Of a stretch of DNA of 64,000 nucleotides, positions 50,309 through 62,899 are shown piece after piece; positions within the stretch are counted from its first letter, which is position 1, and each line of letters begins with the position of its first letter. The notes beneath the pieces were generated by a model. The model was not told the origin of the DNA. It saw nothing but the letters and a program-made list of their open reading frames with translations, and made no database searches. The stretch lies in contig NC_057751.1 of assembly GCF_004010195.1 (NCBI RefSeq), positions 2,577,286 through 2,641,285 of the forward strand. The letters are read 5' to 3'. The position numbers were made by a program, and so were the translations under genes. The DNA comes from Chiloscyllium plagiosum (Eukaryota).

Positions 50309-51914
50309 AAGAGATTTCTCCCTGCCTGACTGCAGTAGCTGTTCCTTGAATACACTCCACGTTTCAACTGTGCCCATCCCTGCAGTTTCCTTCCACACCC
50401 TATGCATCCTAAATCTTGCCTAATTGCATCATGATTGCCTTTCCCCAGGCTGTAACTTTTGCCCTACAGTATTTACCCATGCCATTCCATCACTAAAGTA
50501 AACATAACTGAATTGTGGTCACTATCACCAAAGTGCTCACAGACCTCCAAATCTAACACCTGGCCGGGTTCATTACCCAGAGTCAAATCCCTTGTTGGCC
50601 TATCTACAAACTGTGTCAGGAAACCCTCCTGCACACATTGGGACAACAACTGATCCGTCTGAAGTACTTGAACTATCGTATTCCCAGTCAATATTTGGAA
50701 AGTTAAAGGCCCCGCTAACAACTACCCTGTCACTCTCATTCCTAGCAAGGATCATCTTTTCTATCCTATCCTCTACATCTCTTGAACTATTTGTAGGCGT
50801 ATAGAAAACTCCCAGCAGTGTAACCTCTCCTTTCCTGTTTCTAATCTCAACCCATATTACCTCAGTAGATGAGTCCTCACATGTCCTTTCTGCAACCGTA
50901 ATACTGTCCTTGACTAACAAAGACACACCTCCCCATGTTTAACCAAATTCCCTGCTCTTACTGAAGCATCTTAATATCGGAACCTGTAACAATCATTCCT
51001 GTCCCTGCTCTAACCATGTCTTTGAAATGGCCACAACATCAAAATCCCAGGTACCAACCCATGCTGCAAGTTAAACTTGCTTGCCAGTGTCTTCTTGTGA
51101 TCCTGAAATCTTAGTTCTGACTTCGCTACTCTCAACCTCCCATATACTCAAACTACAATTTTGGTTCCCACCCCCCTGCGGAATTAATTTAAACCTACCC
51201 GAAGAACATTCTCAAACCACACCAACCCCCCGCCCTCCGCACCCCCCCCACCCACTCAGTTCTATTGCTCCAGAAATAAAGCCCATTTTCAATGTATTTA
51301 TTTTTATAAGAGCTTATTACCCTGAATGATGAGTTTTCATTATTTGTGTCCCAGATTTAGACACTAATTTCCCAACAGCTTGTTGCCTCCTTAATCTTCC
51401 CACCAAAATATTCTACCGAATACGAAACTGCATTGGTGATTATTCAGCAATTTCAAAATCATTTTGCAAGTTTATTAATGTTCACATAGCATTCATATTT
51501 ATCCAGCGTGGTGTAATCTATAAACTTCAGGTTACTTCTTATACTTTGAATTTCTCAGGCTAAATGGAGGATGTTAATGTTAAATAGCAATGATCCAAGA
51601 GCTGAACTCTGTGGAACATTGCTACATCGTTTTTTTTGCCACCAGTATTCAAGTGTCCAAAGTTCTGAGGAATGCAAGAGTGAGCGAATGTGCAAGACAT
51701 GTCTTCCCATGGACGACTGTTCTACAAAAACTATTTTTCCTAACTGAGTGAAAATCAGTATATCAGCATTCACAGGATAATTGCCGTGATATTGTGATAG
51801 TCCATATGTGCTGTATTGTTCTGTGACTGTTGGCTGCACTGACACATTTGCTTGCAGATGTCAGGATAATTATTAAGAAACCTTGCCTCAAGGAGAAAGA
51901 AGTTTTTTTTTGCT

Positions 51915-52210
51915 TGTTCATGGGAAGTGGGCATTGTTGGTTTGGCCAACGTGATTTGCTTATCCCTAAAAGTTAACCATATTGCACTGGATTCACTGTT
52001 GGCCAGACCAGGTGAGAATGGGAGATTTCCTTCAGTAATACATATTAGTGAACCAGATGGAGTTAAAGCATAAATGCTGATAGTTACATAGTTGCAATTT
52101 GGCTAAGTTTTAATTCCATGTTATGGTGAGTTTCATACCCATTTACCCAAAACATTAGCCTGGGCTATGTATTACGAGTAAAGTGACATTCCTATTATGC
52201 CACCATCTCC
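51915..52210 (-). mobile_element. Old tRNA-derived SINE with CR1-type tail
   Basis: ggccagaccaggtgagaatgggagatttccttc...cattagtgaaccagatgg-like motif. Confidence 0.6.
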
Positions 52211-52785
52211 ATATCTGCAGATAATTTGCCTCTGCTTTGGTCAAATGTAGGAAGTTCAGGAGCTGACTCAAACAGTAACTTAAATCTGTATTCCAAGTAT
52301 TGACTTTGATGTCACTTATAGCTTGTATGTACAATGATTCATCAGCAAGAAATCAAAGTGAGAGCATGTGTCTGCATAGCAGAACTAAATACATATTCTG
52401 TGCAGTGATCACTTGGCGAAAGTTATTGAAAACATCTTGTCAAGAAATGAGAAGCAGTGATGTTAAAGTTACCATTCACTGTCCCTGATAACTCACATGA
52501 CAGTAAGGTCTTTCCTAACCTCAGGTGTTCCCCCAAAACACTTCACAGCTGATGAAGTGCACCAAGAAAAGTCACTGATGTCATTGTTGTATATCCAGGT
52601 GAGATTGTCAAATTATGTCACATCTCTAGTCAGAAGAATATACTTTTTTGTGTGAAGTTAACAAGTTCAGAGATCCCAGGTCGGTAAATGACAATAAAGC
52701 CACGCATTCCATGGTTTGAACAAACAAAATGAACTTTACAAAGTCAAGGAAGTTAACAGTGAGCAATCAGTAACTGTGGGTTTAC

Positions 52786-52955
52786 AAAGTTAAAAATCAC
52801 ACAACACCAGCTTATAGTCCAACAGGTTTATTTGGAAGCACTAGCTTTCGGAATGCTGCTCCTTCATCAGATGGTTCAGGAGTAGCAGTCCGAAAGCTAG
52901 TGCTTCCAAATAAACCTGTTGGACTATAAGCTGGTGTTGTGTGATTTTTAACTTT
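52786..52955. repeat. Perfect 67-bp inverted repeat made of PLE family B pLTR ends
   Basis: 52786-52852 is the exact reverse complement of 52889-52955; the 36-nt spacer contains the minus-strand CTGATGAAG. Confidence 0.95.
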
Positions 52956-54099
52956 TTCCATTTGGTCTTAACCACTCAACTAAACGGACAATTCTCAAGT
53001 ACCTATCTGCACGGGCCAGTTTCAAGTCCTTTTCAATGAACTGATAACTACATCCTGTAAATGTAAAACCTATTAGAGTATTAACACCTGTATCCTGAAA
53101 ATGTTGATCATATTAATGAGCTGTCTGTTATGATATGGTATGAGAAAGCATCTTCCATTCAATGCTGTAGCTTCAGCTCACAAACCAGCTTCAGCCCAGA
53201 AAGCTGTAACAGCAAGTTCTCAGAATGAAGACAACTGAAGGTCATTTTACCGCCTCTGTCTCTCACTCTAGTTCACAGCCTGAACAAGAAACCTCAATAC
53301 TAACTTATTCTCAAGTTCAGATTAACATCTGCTCAATAACAAGTCAATCTTACAACAGTAGTCATACTCTCCACGTTACACATCAAATGGTACATTTGAA
53401 AAAGGCAGATTCTGTGGATTTCTCTGCAACCCTTTCCAATACAAGTGACCCTGTGAGTAAATCTTAAAAGTTCTATCTCGTTCATGAATTTCAAATCTTC
53501 AAGTTCAAAGTTCACAATTAACTTAAAAGCTACACCAGTTCTGATGACCTCACTGATGTTCAACTCCCAGTGTTTCAACTTCTTCTCCCAAGATTGTGTC
53601 CCATTGGACTCAAAGCTAACACCTGCATAGAATTTCTGGCACGATTACAGCTCTTTGACAGTCAGCGTCCTTTACTAAGATGGCATTGCACCTCTACATT
53701 TCAGTCTGCCAAAGCTGTGGCAGGCAAATACTTATGTTGGACTCCCTTCAGACCTAACTGTCAGTGACACCAAACAGCTTTCAGGACTTTCAAACCCACT
53801 CAGCAGCACCAACACCACCTGGAACTTCTCTTGAGCACCAATGGCAAAAAGCACCTGTAATTCCATGAACCCCAACTTATCACAGCAAACAGAGACATTT
53901 CACATGTACAGTACCACCTTCTTGAGTTGCTTCAGTTTGTTACTGACTAAAACTGGCTGATGAACCCTTGAACTGCTTTCAGTGACCTGTTAAAATGCTT
54001 CCAGAATATCCTCCGCTGACAGTTGGGCGGAATCCAAGGTTGTCAGCAGCAGACCTCAATGTGCCTGAATGCTCCAGTTTCCAAAGGCTGCTAACTTCC

Positions 54100-54400
54100 A
54101 CAGCATACATGGACTCAGAAGAAAATGGATTTTATCACATCATGCAGAAAACATTACAGACAATTTGTGCAGAGCTCTGTCCCATAAATGGAGAATGACC
54201 AGAGAAAATATTCTAATGGTGCTGATTCAGGAATAAGTTTTGGCCGAGACGCTGTGGAGAACTCGTGCTCTTCCTTAAAGTGGTGACATCAAATCGCTGT
54301 CATGAGCTAGAGATGGTAGGAAGGTCCCCTTCTCCCTTACAGCAGGACTCAGTTACAGGTGAACAATGTGATCGCAAAATTGACAACCTGAAAGTCAACC
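54100..54400 (-). mobile_element. Old Deu-domain SINE remnant
   Basis: gagctctgtcccataaa...aatgaccaga...ggaataagttttggccgagac...ggagaactc. Confidence 0.5.
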
Positions 54401-55740
54401 TGATACAGAGAGAGGTAAGTTGGAATTGTTTTCCTTACAGCGGTGAAGATGAAGGAGAAATTTAATTGAGGCATTAAAGTCATGAGGGAATTTGACAGAC
54501 TAAAGAAGGAGAAACCATTTCCACTGACAGTGATTAAAGATCCAAAGTAAATTGACCTAAGTTAATTGACAAAACAACCAAAAGAAAAATGAGGTTTGTT
54601 TTTTACTCAGTGAGTTGTTCTGGTCTGGAATGTGTCCATAAACGTTTGGGCAATATGAGCAGAGAGCAAGGATACAAGAGATTAATTGATTAACTTCCTT
54701 GATGTGCTGAAAGGCCTCTTTCTGTCACATCGGATTGGACAAAGTAATGAAGCAAGTCCAAGTATTTTCCAAATAAAATATTGTTGTTGTTTGCTGGAAC
54801 ATGAGGCTAATGATTGTTTAAATCAGAGTGTGCAGTGCCTGTGAGTCCTGGCTCACAAACACGATGATTAATTGTTTATTTTGGTCTCTGTCAGTGGAGG
54901 TTTTTAATATGATAATCAATTATATCACCAAAAAAATGCAGTGCCAAAAGACACAATGAAAACTCTGCAAATCAGGCAGGTTTTAAACCATCCATCATTT
55001 TCAATATCGACACAGTCATGCAAATAACAGGGTCTTCTCGAGGAGTGAATTTAAATACTGGATCGAGGAACATCATACAGATCTCTTCAGTTGACATTGA
55101 TCAAAGTCAATCATTTTGCCGAACCTCATGACGTGGGATACTGAGATTTTTTTTTAAATGCTCTTTGAACTGTTCTGCTCAGTCTGTTCTTTTCTGTGCA
55201 AACTGAAGGACGAGTTAAAATGTCACCTTCCCAGCTTGAGAACATGCTCCAAAATCTGAGTCAAACAGTTGAGATGGAAAGGCTGACTGTTGCTGGTTTT
55301 GGAGTTCATGACCCCAGCAGCTGATGGCGTAGCCTGCAATTTTGGAGCGATGAAATCAGCAATTCTCCTATAGCACAGAGATCCTTGATGTTTGCAGAGC
55401 TGGATAAGATTTGCAAAATGGGAAGGCGTGAGGCCGTGGGGGGATTTTAAGACAGGGATGAGAATTTTAAAATTATGGTGTTAACTGGAAGCCAGTGGGG
55501 ATGAACAGAATTTGATATGAGTTGTGACACAGGCAGCAGAATGTGAGATTACCTCATGTTTATGGATGGTATACTATAGGAAGCTAGCCATGGCAGCTCT
55601 AGACTTGCCAAACCTCGAGGTAACCTGGAGCTGTACAGAGAAAGCAGAGTTAGTGTTTTACTCCAGTGACCCTTCAACAAAATGATTCTGAAGAAAGGTC
55701 ACTGAACACAAAATGTGAATCCTGCTGTCTCTCCAGAGAT

Positions 55741-55945
55741 GCTGTTGAGAGTGTGGTGGTCAGATAGCATCCAAGGAGCAGGAAAATCGACATTTTGGGC
55801 ATAAGCCCTTCATCAGGAATCCTGATGAAGAGCTTATGCCTGAAATGTCAATTCTCCTGCTCTTAGGATGCTGCCTGACATGTTGTGCTTTTCGAGCACC
55901 ACACTCTCGTCTCTGATCTCCAGCATCTGCAGTCCCCACTTTTCC
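55741..55945. mobile_element. Back-to-back PLE hammerhead hairpin (family A) inserted in an older hammerhead element
   Basis: cccttcatcagg-aat-cctgatgaag centre; TSD ctct(c/t)cagagat at 55729-55740 and 55946-55957. Confidence 0.85.
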
Positions 55946-56294
55946 CTCTTCAGAGATACTCTCAGGCCTTCTGTGTTTATTCAGTACATTCTGCTTTTGT
56001 TTCAGATTTTCATCATCTGCAGTTTTTTTAGAGGTAACTTAGCTATGGATAAGGGTTTCATAAGCAGAAAAGTTGTGACAAGGTGGATTTGAGAGCTGTA
56101 CTGTGATGGAAACAAGCCGACTTAATGATGGCATAAATATGTTTGAAAATTAACTCACAGTCAAGTATAACATCAAGTTTGTAAACCATCTGGTTTTGTC
56201 TCAGACAGTTGCTAAGTACTGTCTTACACTTTTTCTCTCAGATATTAGATACAGTGTGTTCTGGACTGACTGTTTCAATAAGATTAAGCATCAG

Positions 56295-56940
56295 GGGAGG
56301 TGGTGGCACAGGGCGAATGTCACTGGTCTCGCAATCCAGAAGCCCATGATCATGTTCTGGCCACATGTGTTGAAATCCCACCATGGCAGATGGTGTGACT
56401 GCCCTTTAGAATAGGGAAATCTGCTATCGTCATCCCTTCTGGCCTGTAAAAAACTCCAGGTCCAGCATGGGATGGGACCATTCACCACCGCTGATTGGCT
56501 GCTGCTGATTGGTCACTGCCCTTTCACCGCCAAGGACGCTTTGCCACCGCCCATTGGCCGCCGAGGACGCTTTGCCACCGCAAGTGTTTGTAACTCATTT
56601 TTATGTATAAACCAATAAAATGATATTTATTTCACCTCTTTTTTTTATCAATATGTTGTTGTATAAATAAAGGGGACTGAGAAGTATGAAAGAAAAGGCA
56701 GGAGGGAAAACAGTCAGTACATATATATATTTCCAGTGGCGAGTAGTTTCCAGAGGTCAAACGACCCCAGTGGAGAAACGCTGGTGGCGAACTGACAGTG
56801 GCTAATTGGTGGCGGCGAATGTGCCGTGGCGAATTGTCACCAACCCGGTCCTGCAATGTGACTGATTCCTGACTGCCATTTAGTCAATAAATGCTGACCT
56901 ACCCAGCAACATCCATAGCATGTGAGGGAAGAATAAGAAA
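56295..56940 (+). mobile_element. tRNA-derived SINE with CR1-type tail, split by a MITE
   Basis: ggggaggtggtggcacag...gttgaaatcccaccatggcag head; caataaatgctgacc tail. Confidence 0.65.
56469..56846. mobile_element. Mutator/foldback-like MITE with tandem subterminal repeats
   Basis: Ends gggatgg...ccaaccc; arrays of about 15-bp ttcgccacc/ggtggcgaa units in inverted orientation; AT-rich core; about 10-bp TSD ggtcc(a/t)gca(t/a). Confidence 0.75.
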
Positions 56941-57140
56941 AATACATATATAATGGGTTCTTTGAAAATTTCCATTGTGCCCCATTTAAGCTGTAACCCA
57001 TACAGTTCATGCTGCACATAAAGTGACCACAGGTAGCACGGGAAAGGTTGAACTGTGATTATTCATTTTCATCATTTCTAAACTTGTGGATTGGATTGTG
57101 TTACAAATTCTACAAAACACAATCAACATAGCTCATGTGT

Positions 57141-57680
57141 TATAGAGTCATACAGCTGTTCAGCATGGAAACAAGCCCTTTAGTCCAACTCGTCCATGCC
57201 AACCAGATATACTAACCTAATCTAGTCCCATTTGCCAGCATTTGGCCCATTTCCCTCTAAATTCTTGCTATTCATATACCCATCAAGATGCATTTTATAT
57301 ATTGTAATTGTACCAACCTCCAACCCTTCCTCTGGCAGCTCATTCCATGTGCAGACCACCCTTTCTTCCTCTGGCAGCTCATTCCATGTGCAGACCACCC
57401 TTTGCATGAAATAGCTGCCCTTTAGGTCCTTTTTAAATCTTTTCCCTCTCACCTTAAATTTCTACTCTCCAATTTTGGGATCCTCTACCCTGGGAAAAAG
57501 ACCTTGTTTATTTACCTTATCTTTACCGCACATGATTTTATAAACTTCTATAACATCACCCCTCAGCCTCCGACACTCTAGAAAAAACAGCCCAAGCCTG
57601 TTCAGCCTCTACCTAGGGCTCAAACCTTCCAACCCTGGTGAAATCCTTGTAAATGTTTTCTGAACCTTTTCAACATCCCT
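57141..57680 (-). mobile_element. CR1 3' end with a perfect 39-bp tandem duplication (57326-57403)
   Basis: RVVCTWNELPEE occurs twice in ORF 57222-57452. Confidence 0.9.
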
Positions 57681-57683
57681 ATA

Positions 57684-58236
57684 TTGTCCTTGGTTTCTTT
57701 TTCAGAGGGGTCCAAAAGGCAGAGGTTTCGATATGTCTGGAAATATGTACTTCCGAAAGGCTTTTAAGGTTTTCTTTTTTTAAAAAAGCGTTTGTACAAT
57801 GGAAGAGGCCTGTTCTCCCAGTTTTTTGGTTTGGTTTGATTTGGTTTTAGCAAGCAGTCTGTTTGAGGTTGCTGGTCAAAGAAACAACTCCATGCTCATC
57901 CTCTCTCTCTCTCTCTCTCTCTCACTGACATCTCTCCTGTAAAAATCTGTGTTTGATTTTGTCTTTCTTTTGCCAAGGGGACGTTTATGGGGATGTCGCA
58001 AGTGTTTGGAAGAGCAGCATCAAGTTGCGATAGAATCAATTGGGTTTTCAACTAGTTATGTTATTCTAAATTTGGTTTTCTTTTGTTCATGCATGTATAA
58101 ATTCTGTTTTGTTTATAAACTGAGTGGTTGGGCCAGCTGCATCATTCCTGGATTATTCACTGTACGCCAACTTATACAATTAGAAAAGTTAGGGTCTGGG
58201 CTACCTTCTTGAAATATGTTGAGGGAGTCCATAACA
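57684..58236 (+). mobile_element. LTR-like fragment containing (CT)n
   Basis: Ends ...gagtccataaca; T-rich U3/R-like body; no TSD seen. Confidence 0.45.
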
Positions 58237-61200
58237 GGTTACTGATCAGGAGTTCAAATTAGACAGACAAGGTCAGAATATCACTGAGAGTGGAAAGGAG
58301 AGATGAATGCCCATCATGTTCGAAGTGCAAATTTTCAGCTATCCTGCATGGAAGGCAGCTGAACGACACTGAGTAGTTGGTGGCTCAGTGAGTAGTGTAG
58401 AACAGTTGAAAGGCTTTGTGCTGCTTCAAAAAAAACCATAGGAAACGGTTTTAGAAATTAGGAGGCTGCTAAGGGGTGGAGCCAGGACTCAGAAGACATC
58501 CACGGGAGCTGAGAAAAAAAGTGTTGAAGCCGTGACGGTTGCTGATGAAGGAAACGTGGCTGTGGAAGTGGGGTTTCTCCGATACCTGATCAAATACAAG
58601 AGAGAAAATAGACACTTGCATTGTATCCATACTTCACAGATGTCAGGTCTGTCTCTTCAAGGTTGCTGCACCCGGAAAAGCCAAATCTGGTCACAGCAGC
58701 TGATTAGAAACTGCTAAGTGTGACTTGAATTGCTTGTAAATTCTGGCCGGTGTTTTCTGTCTTATCTGCTTTCAGACTCCTTTTCTGCAGGTAGTAGTGT
58801 GACAGTCAGTAATGTAACAGAGGAGATTGATTGAATAGAATAGAATAGAATACAACTTTATTATCATGTGTACATTTCCATGAAAAAGACAGTGAAAGGC
58901 TTTACAAGTCACCCCACCACGCTGCCTACATCTATGACACATAATAATAAAAAAAGGATTAAGACAAAGTTCATCACAATTCAGTTAACAGCTGCTGGGT
59001 TTGGGGAAAGCTGATTTAGGAATGATGCAATGCCCTGAAAGTTCAGCTGAGACAAGACCGCCATTCTGGGCTGCTGGAATGCTGGGACAGGAGCATCCAC
59101 CAAAGAAGACTGCCATGTGGAGCCGTGACATACCACTCCTGGACAAGACCACCTGTCAGGTCACTGGAATATCTGGATGCCAAAGATCTGTCTGTGTAAA
59201 GGATATGTAAACAGAGACATAACATTTTTCAGTTGTTATTCTGCTACTTTAATGTAAATATCAGATCTAAATTAAGTCCATCGCCTCCAGCCACATATAA
59301 TAAAGCAAAGCATTTGACCTAATATCAATTGAACAGAGGCAGTGCCAGCTTGCTTGGAATATGTGTTGCATGGAGTGGAATAATATTTCACTGAAGCAGA
59401 AAGTCTCAAGGGGCAGTCAGGCCTTTTTCATGTTGGCCTGGTTTAGTTGATCGCACAATGTCTTAACGTAGGATGCAGACTGCAAACTGCAGTGAACAGC
59501 AATTGCCTTTCCTTCTGATCAATTTTAATAAGCCGTCGAGTGGGACCAACAAACCAATTCACAGCTCTGTGGGGTTTTGGGAATCAGCTGACTAACTGCG
59601 ATCAGATTCGTTCGACCCCCAAGGTCTGTTTATTCTGTAATTGAATACCAAGCCACTGTTCAAGAATGAACGAAATTGTTGTGATTTGCAGCAAGCTCTG
59701 AATTCCCAATTGCAAACTCAGCTGAAATTTATTTGACATTATTCAGTTCCAACTGGGACTCTGATTCCAGGCAGAAACCCAGTGTGAACTGCATCACAGA
59801 GGTCAAATCTTATCGTTTTAAAGGCACTTCTTGAAATTTTCTTAAGGGTTAATTTTTGAATTGCTTGGACTATCTTTTGGTTTTCCAGGGCTCCTTTAAA
59901 ATTCTCACTGGTTCCTTTATTTGGTGCTGCAGTCAAGTAGGAACATTATTTTCTGTATTCATGTTAACACATGGGAAGTTTGGACTGGAATTTACACAAG
60001 TAGAATTAGAAAAATCAATATTCCCAATGGTCATTCACTACTTTGTTAAACTAAAGCAGCTTTAAGCATGAGATTCCACATTTGTTTGCTCATGTTCATT
60101 CCCTTGGTAACTTTGTTTTTTCCCTGTATCTTACTAAGTTGAATATTCAAATGACCAGTTTAAAATTGTTCTCTCCACATTCAAGCCTCTCTCTGTCTCC
60201 TCCTTTGCAAACTCGATTGCAAACTTTCCCCATCTTGCAGCTTTCATCTTTCTCCCCTTGCCGTTGCCCTTTCTCTTACCGATTACAACATCTCTCTCCA
60301 CTCCTTGCTGCCTCCCTTTCCACTTCCTGTCTTCCCCAACTGAAACCTCCATCTCTTCACCTCACACACTATGGCTTTTGTTTCTCCAGTTTCCTCCCCC
60401 CCCACCCCCGGCCTGACAACTCAGGCAGCTTTTCCTCGGTCCCACCACCAGCGTCTCTCTGCCAACATATATCATCTTGCTGCTCCCATAAGGCAGACAG
60501 TTTCTTCCCCCACCCCTGTGTTTATTACTGATGAGTTCAGCGTTAAACTGTAATTGGAAGAGCAGCTTCTAAGAAATTCTAACGGTTCCACATAAGGGAG
60601 CAACATTTCTTATTCATCACCTCTGTGATCATATTTTCCATTTTTGATTTTGGGAAATTTTAGCATGAATGCATTTTGAATGCTTCTGGATAGAGCATTG
60701 TCTTTCAAACATGGGTCCCCAGAATTCAAGGTCTCTGTGAAACGCCCTCAAATGTTCTGTTCAAATTTTGGGTCATTTCAAAATTTTATCCAATTTTTTT
60801 AATATTCTGAGACACAATGCCTTCGTAAAAATGTATTAATTCATGTAGTGTGCAGAACACAGGATGGGCCAAAAAAAAGAGTTGTTTATTATCCTTGAGA
60901 AGATGGTGTTGAGCCACCTTCATAAATTACTACAGTTTTTGAGACTTAGATGCATTCGTGGGATGCTGTGAGGGAGGGAGTTCCAAGATTTTGACCCAGT
61001 GAAGGGAAATCGATATATTTCTAAATCAGAACCGTACATGACTTGGAGGGGAATTTGTCATTGGTGGTGTTCCCATGAAAATTCTGTCTTTCTGCTTCTT
61101 GGTGGTAGAGAAAGGTGCAGTCAAAGGAGCCTCATAAATTTAATAAAAAATAATTATACAATTATTGACCATTTTCAATGTTTGGGTCCATCAGGTCTTC

Positions 61201-61254
61201 TTTGAAAACGACTGAGGTAAGTATCGCCTGAACAGGAACGTGCATCTTTTAACA

Positions 61255-61460
61255 TGATTCCATCTTTGCATCTGATTCTTAAAGATGGTGTAGAAAATGT
61301 GCAGTTAATATGGGGTAGACCATTTAGGGACAGAGATGAGGAGAAACTTCTTCCCCCAGAGAGTGGTGGCTGTGTGGAATGCTCTGCCCCAGAGAGCAGT
61401 GGAGGCCCAATCTCTGGATTCATTTAAGAAAGAGTTGGATATAATGCAAGAGCTATGGAA
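61255..61460 (+). mobile_element. CR1 3' fragment
   Basis: gagatgaggagaaacttcttcccccagagagtggtgg...tttaagaaagagttggat. Confidence 0.85.
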
Positions 61461-61509
61461 GATTGTGACGGGGAACTTCTTTTATCACTGTACAGGTGTT
61501 GATGAGACC

Positions 61510-62580
61510 TCATAGATTCATCCAGCACAGGACCAAACCCTTCAGTCTTCCAGTCCATGCTGATCATAATCCCAAACTAAACTGGAGCCACCTGCCTGCT
61601 CTTGGTACATCTATTCATGTACTGTTGGATATCTTTTCAACATTGTAATTATACCCACATCCACCACTCCCTCAGGAAGTTCATTTCACATGCAATCCAC
61701 CCTCTGTGTAAAAAGAAATTGCTGTATTGTCTTTTTAAAAATCTCTCTCTCACCTTAAAAATGCCCACCCCTAATCTTGAAATCCCCTATCTCAGGCAAA
61801 AGATAACTACCATTAGCTCTGTCTATGCCCCTCATTACTTTATAAAACTCTCGACAGTCGCCTTTCAACCTCCTATGTTCCAGTGAAAAAAGTCCCAGCT
61901 ATCCATCCTTTCTTTATAACTCAAACCTTTCATTCCTGGCAATATCCTCGTAAATCTCTTCTGTTTAGTAACATCCTTCTCATAACTGGGTGACCAGAAC
62001 TCGACATAGTATTCCAGAAGAGGTCTCACCAATGTTAGATTACTTACAGTGTGGAAACAGGCCCTTCGGCCCAACAAGTCCACACCGACCCGCCGAAGCG
62101 TAACCCACCCAGACACATTCCCCGACATTTACCCCTTCACCTAACACTACAGGCAATTTAGCATGCACATGCACATCTTTGGACTGTGGGAGGAAACCGG
62201 AGCACCCAGAGGAAACCCACGCAGACACGGGGAGAATGTGCAAACTCCACACAGTCAGTTGCCTGAGTCGGGAATTGAACCTGGGTCTCTGGCGCTGTGA
62301 GGCAGCAGTGCTAACCACTGTGCCATCGTGCTGCCCACAATGTTCTGGAAACCTCAATATGACTTCCCAACTCATTCACTTAAAGGACTGAACAATGAAG
62401 GCAAGCATGCTGAATGTATTTTTAATCACCCTGTCTATATGTAGCAGGAACTTCAATGAATTATGTACCTGCACTCCTAGGTCCCTCTGTCCTACAATAC
62501 TACCCAAGGCCCTACCATTAATTGTACATGACCTACCCTTCTTTGGTGTACCAATTTGCAATGCCACGCATTTATCAATG
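61510..62580 (-). mobile_element. CR1 3' part interrupted by HE1
   Basis: QRDLGVQVHNSLK, LVRPLLEYYVEFWSP. Confidence 0.9.
62035..62338 (-). mobile_element. HE1 SINE
   Basis: Reverse-complement HE1; caatgtt duplicated at the flanks. Confidence 0.95.
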
Positions 62581-62899
62581 TGAAGTGCTGTATCCAGTTT
62601 TGGTCTCCTTATTTGAAAAGAGATGCAACTGCCTCTGACACAGTTGAATGAAGGCTCACTTGACTAATTCCTGGGGTGCAGAGGTGATTTTATGGAGAAA
62701 GATTGAATGGGCAAGATTTATATCTGTTGGATTTTCAAAGAATGAGGGGTGACCTATTGAAGCATACAAGGTCTTGAGAGGGCTGGATCATGTGGGGACT
62801 CATATCCACTCTTGTGGACACTAAAACCAGGAGACTTAGCTTAAGAATAAGAGGTGTCACTTTTAATGTGTTGATTAGTAGATATTAGCTGCATTAAAA

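Larger units (their letters stand above)
45188..51215 (-). mobile_element. Long CR1 (APE endonuclease plus RT) in three pieces: 45188-45946, 47005-48165 and 50309-51215
   Basis: EN motifs LLGVFYTPTNS and VVVSGAFNFPNIDW; RT motifs [14 protein letters not shown] and KFADDTK; (tagaaca)n tail at 45188. Confidence 0.93.

Noticed and set aside
52616-53990. Possible solo LTR (tgtcac start) hosting the 52786 hairpin
   Set aside because: No matching end with a TSD could be defined.
60528-60560. CTGATGAG as a hammerhead core
   Set aside because: No stem II-GAAA follows; at most a deleted remnant after a pyrimidine-rich PLE-like tail.
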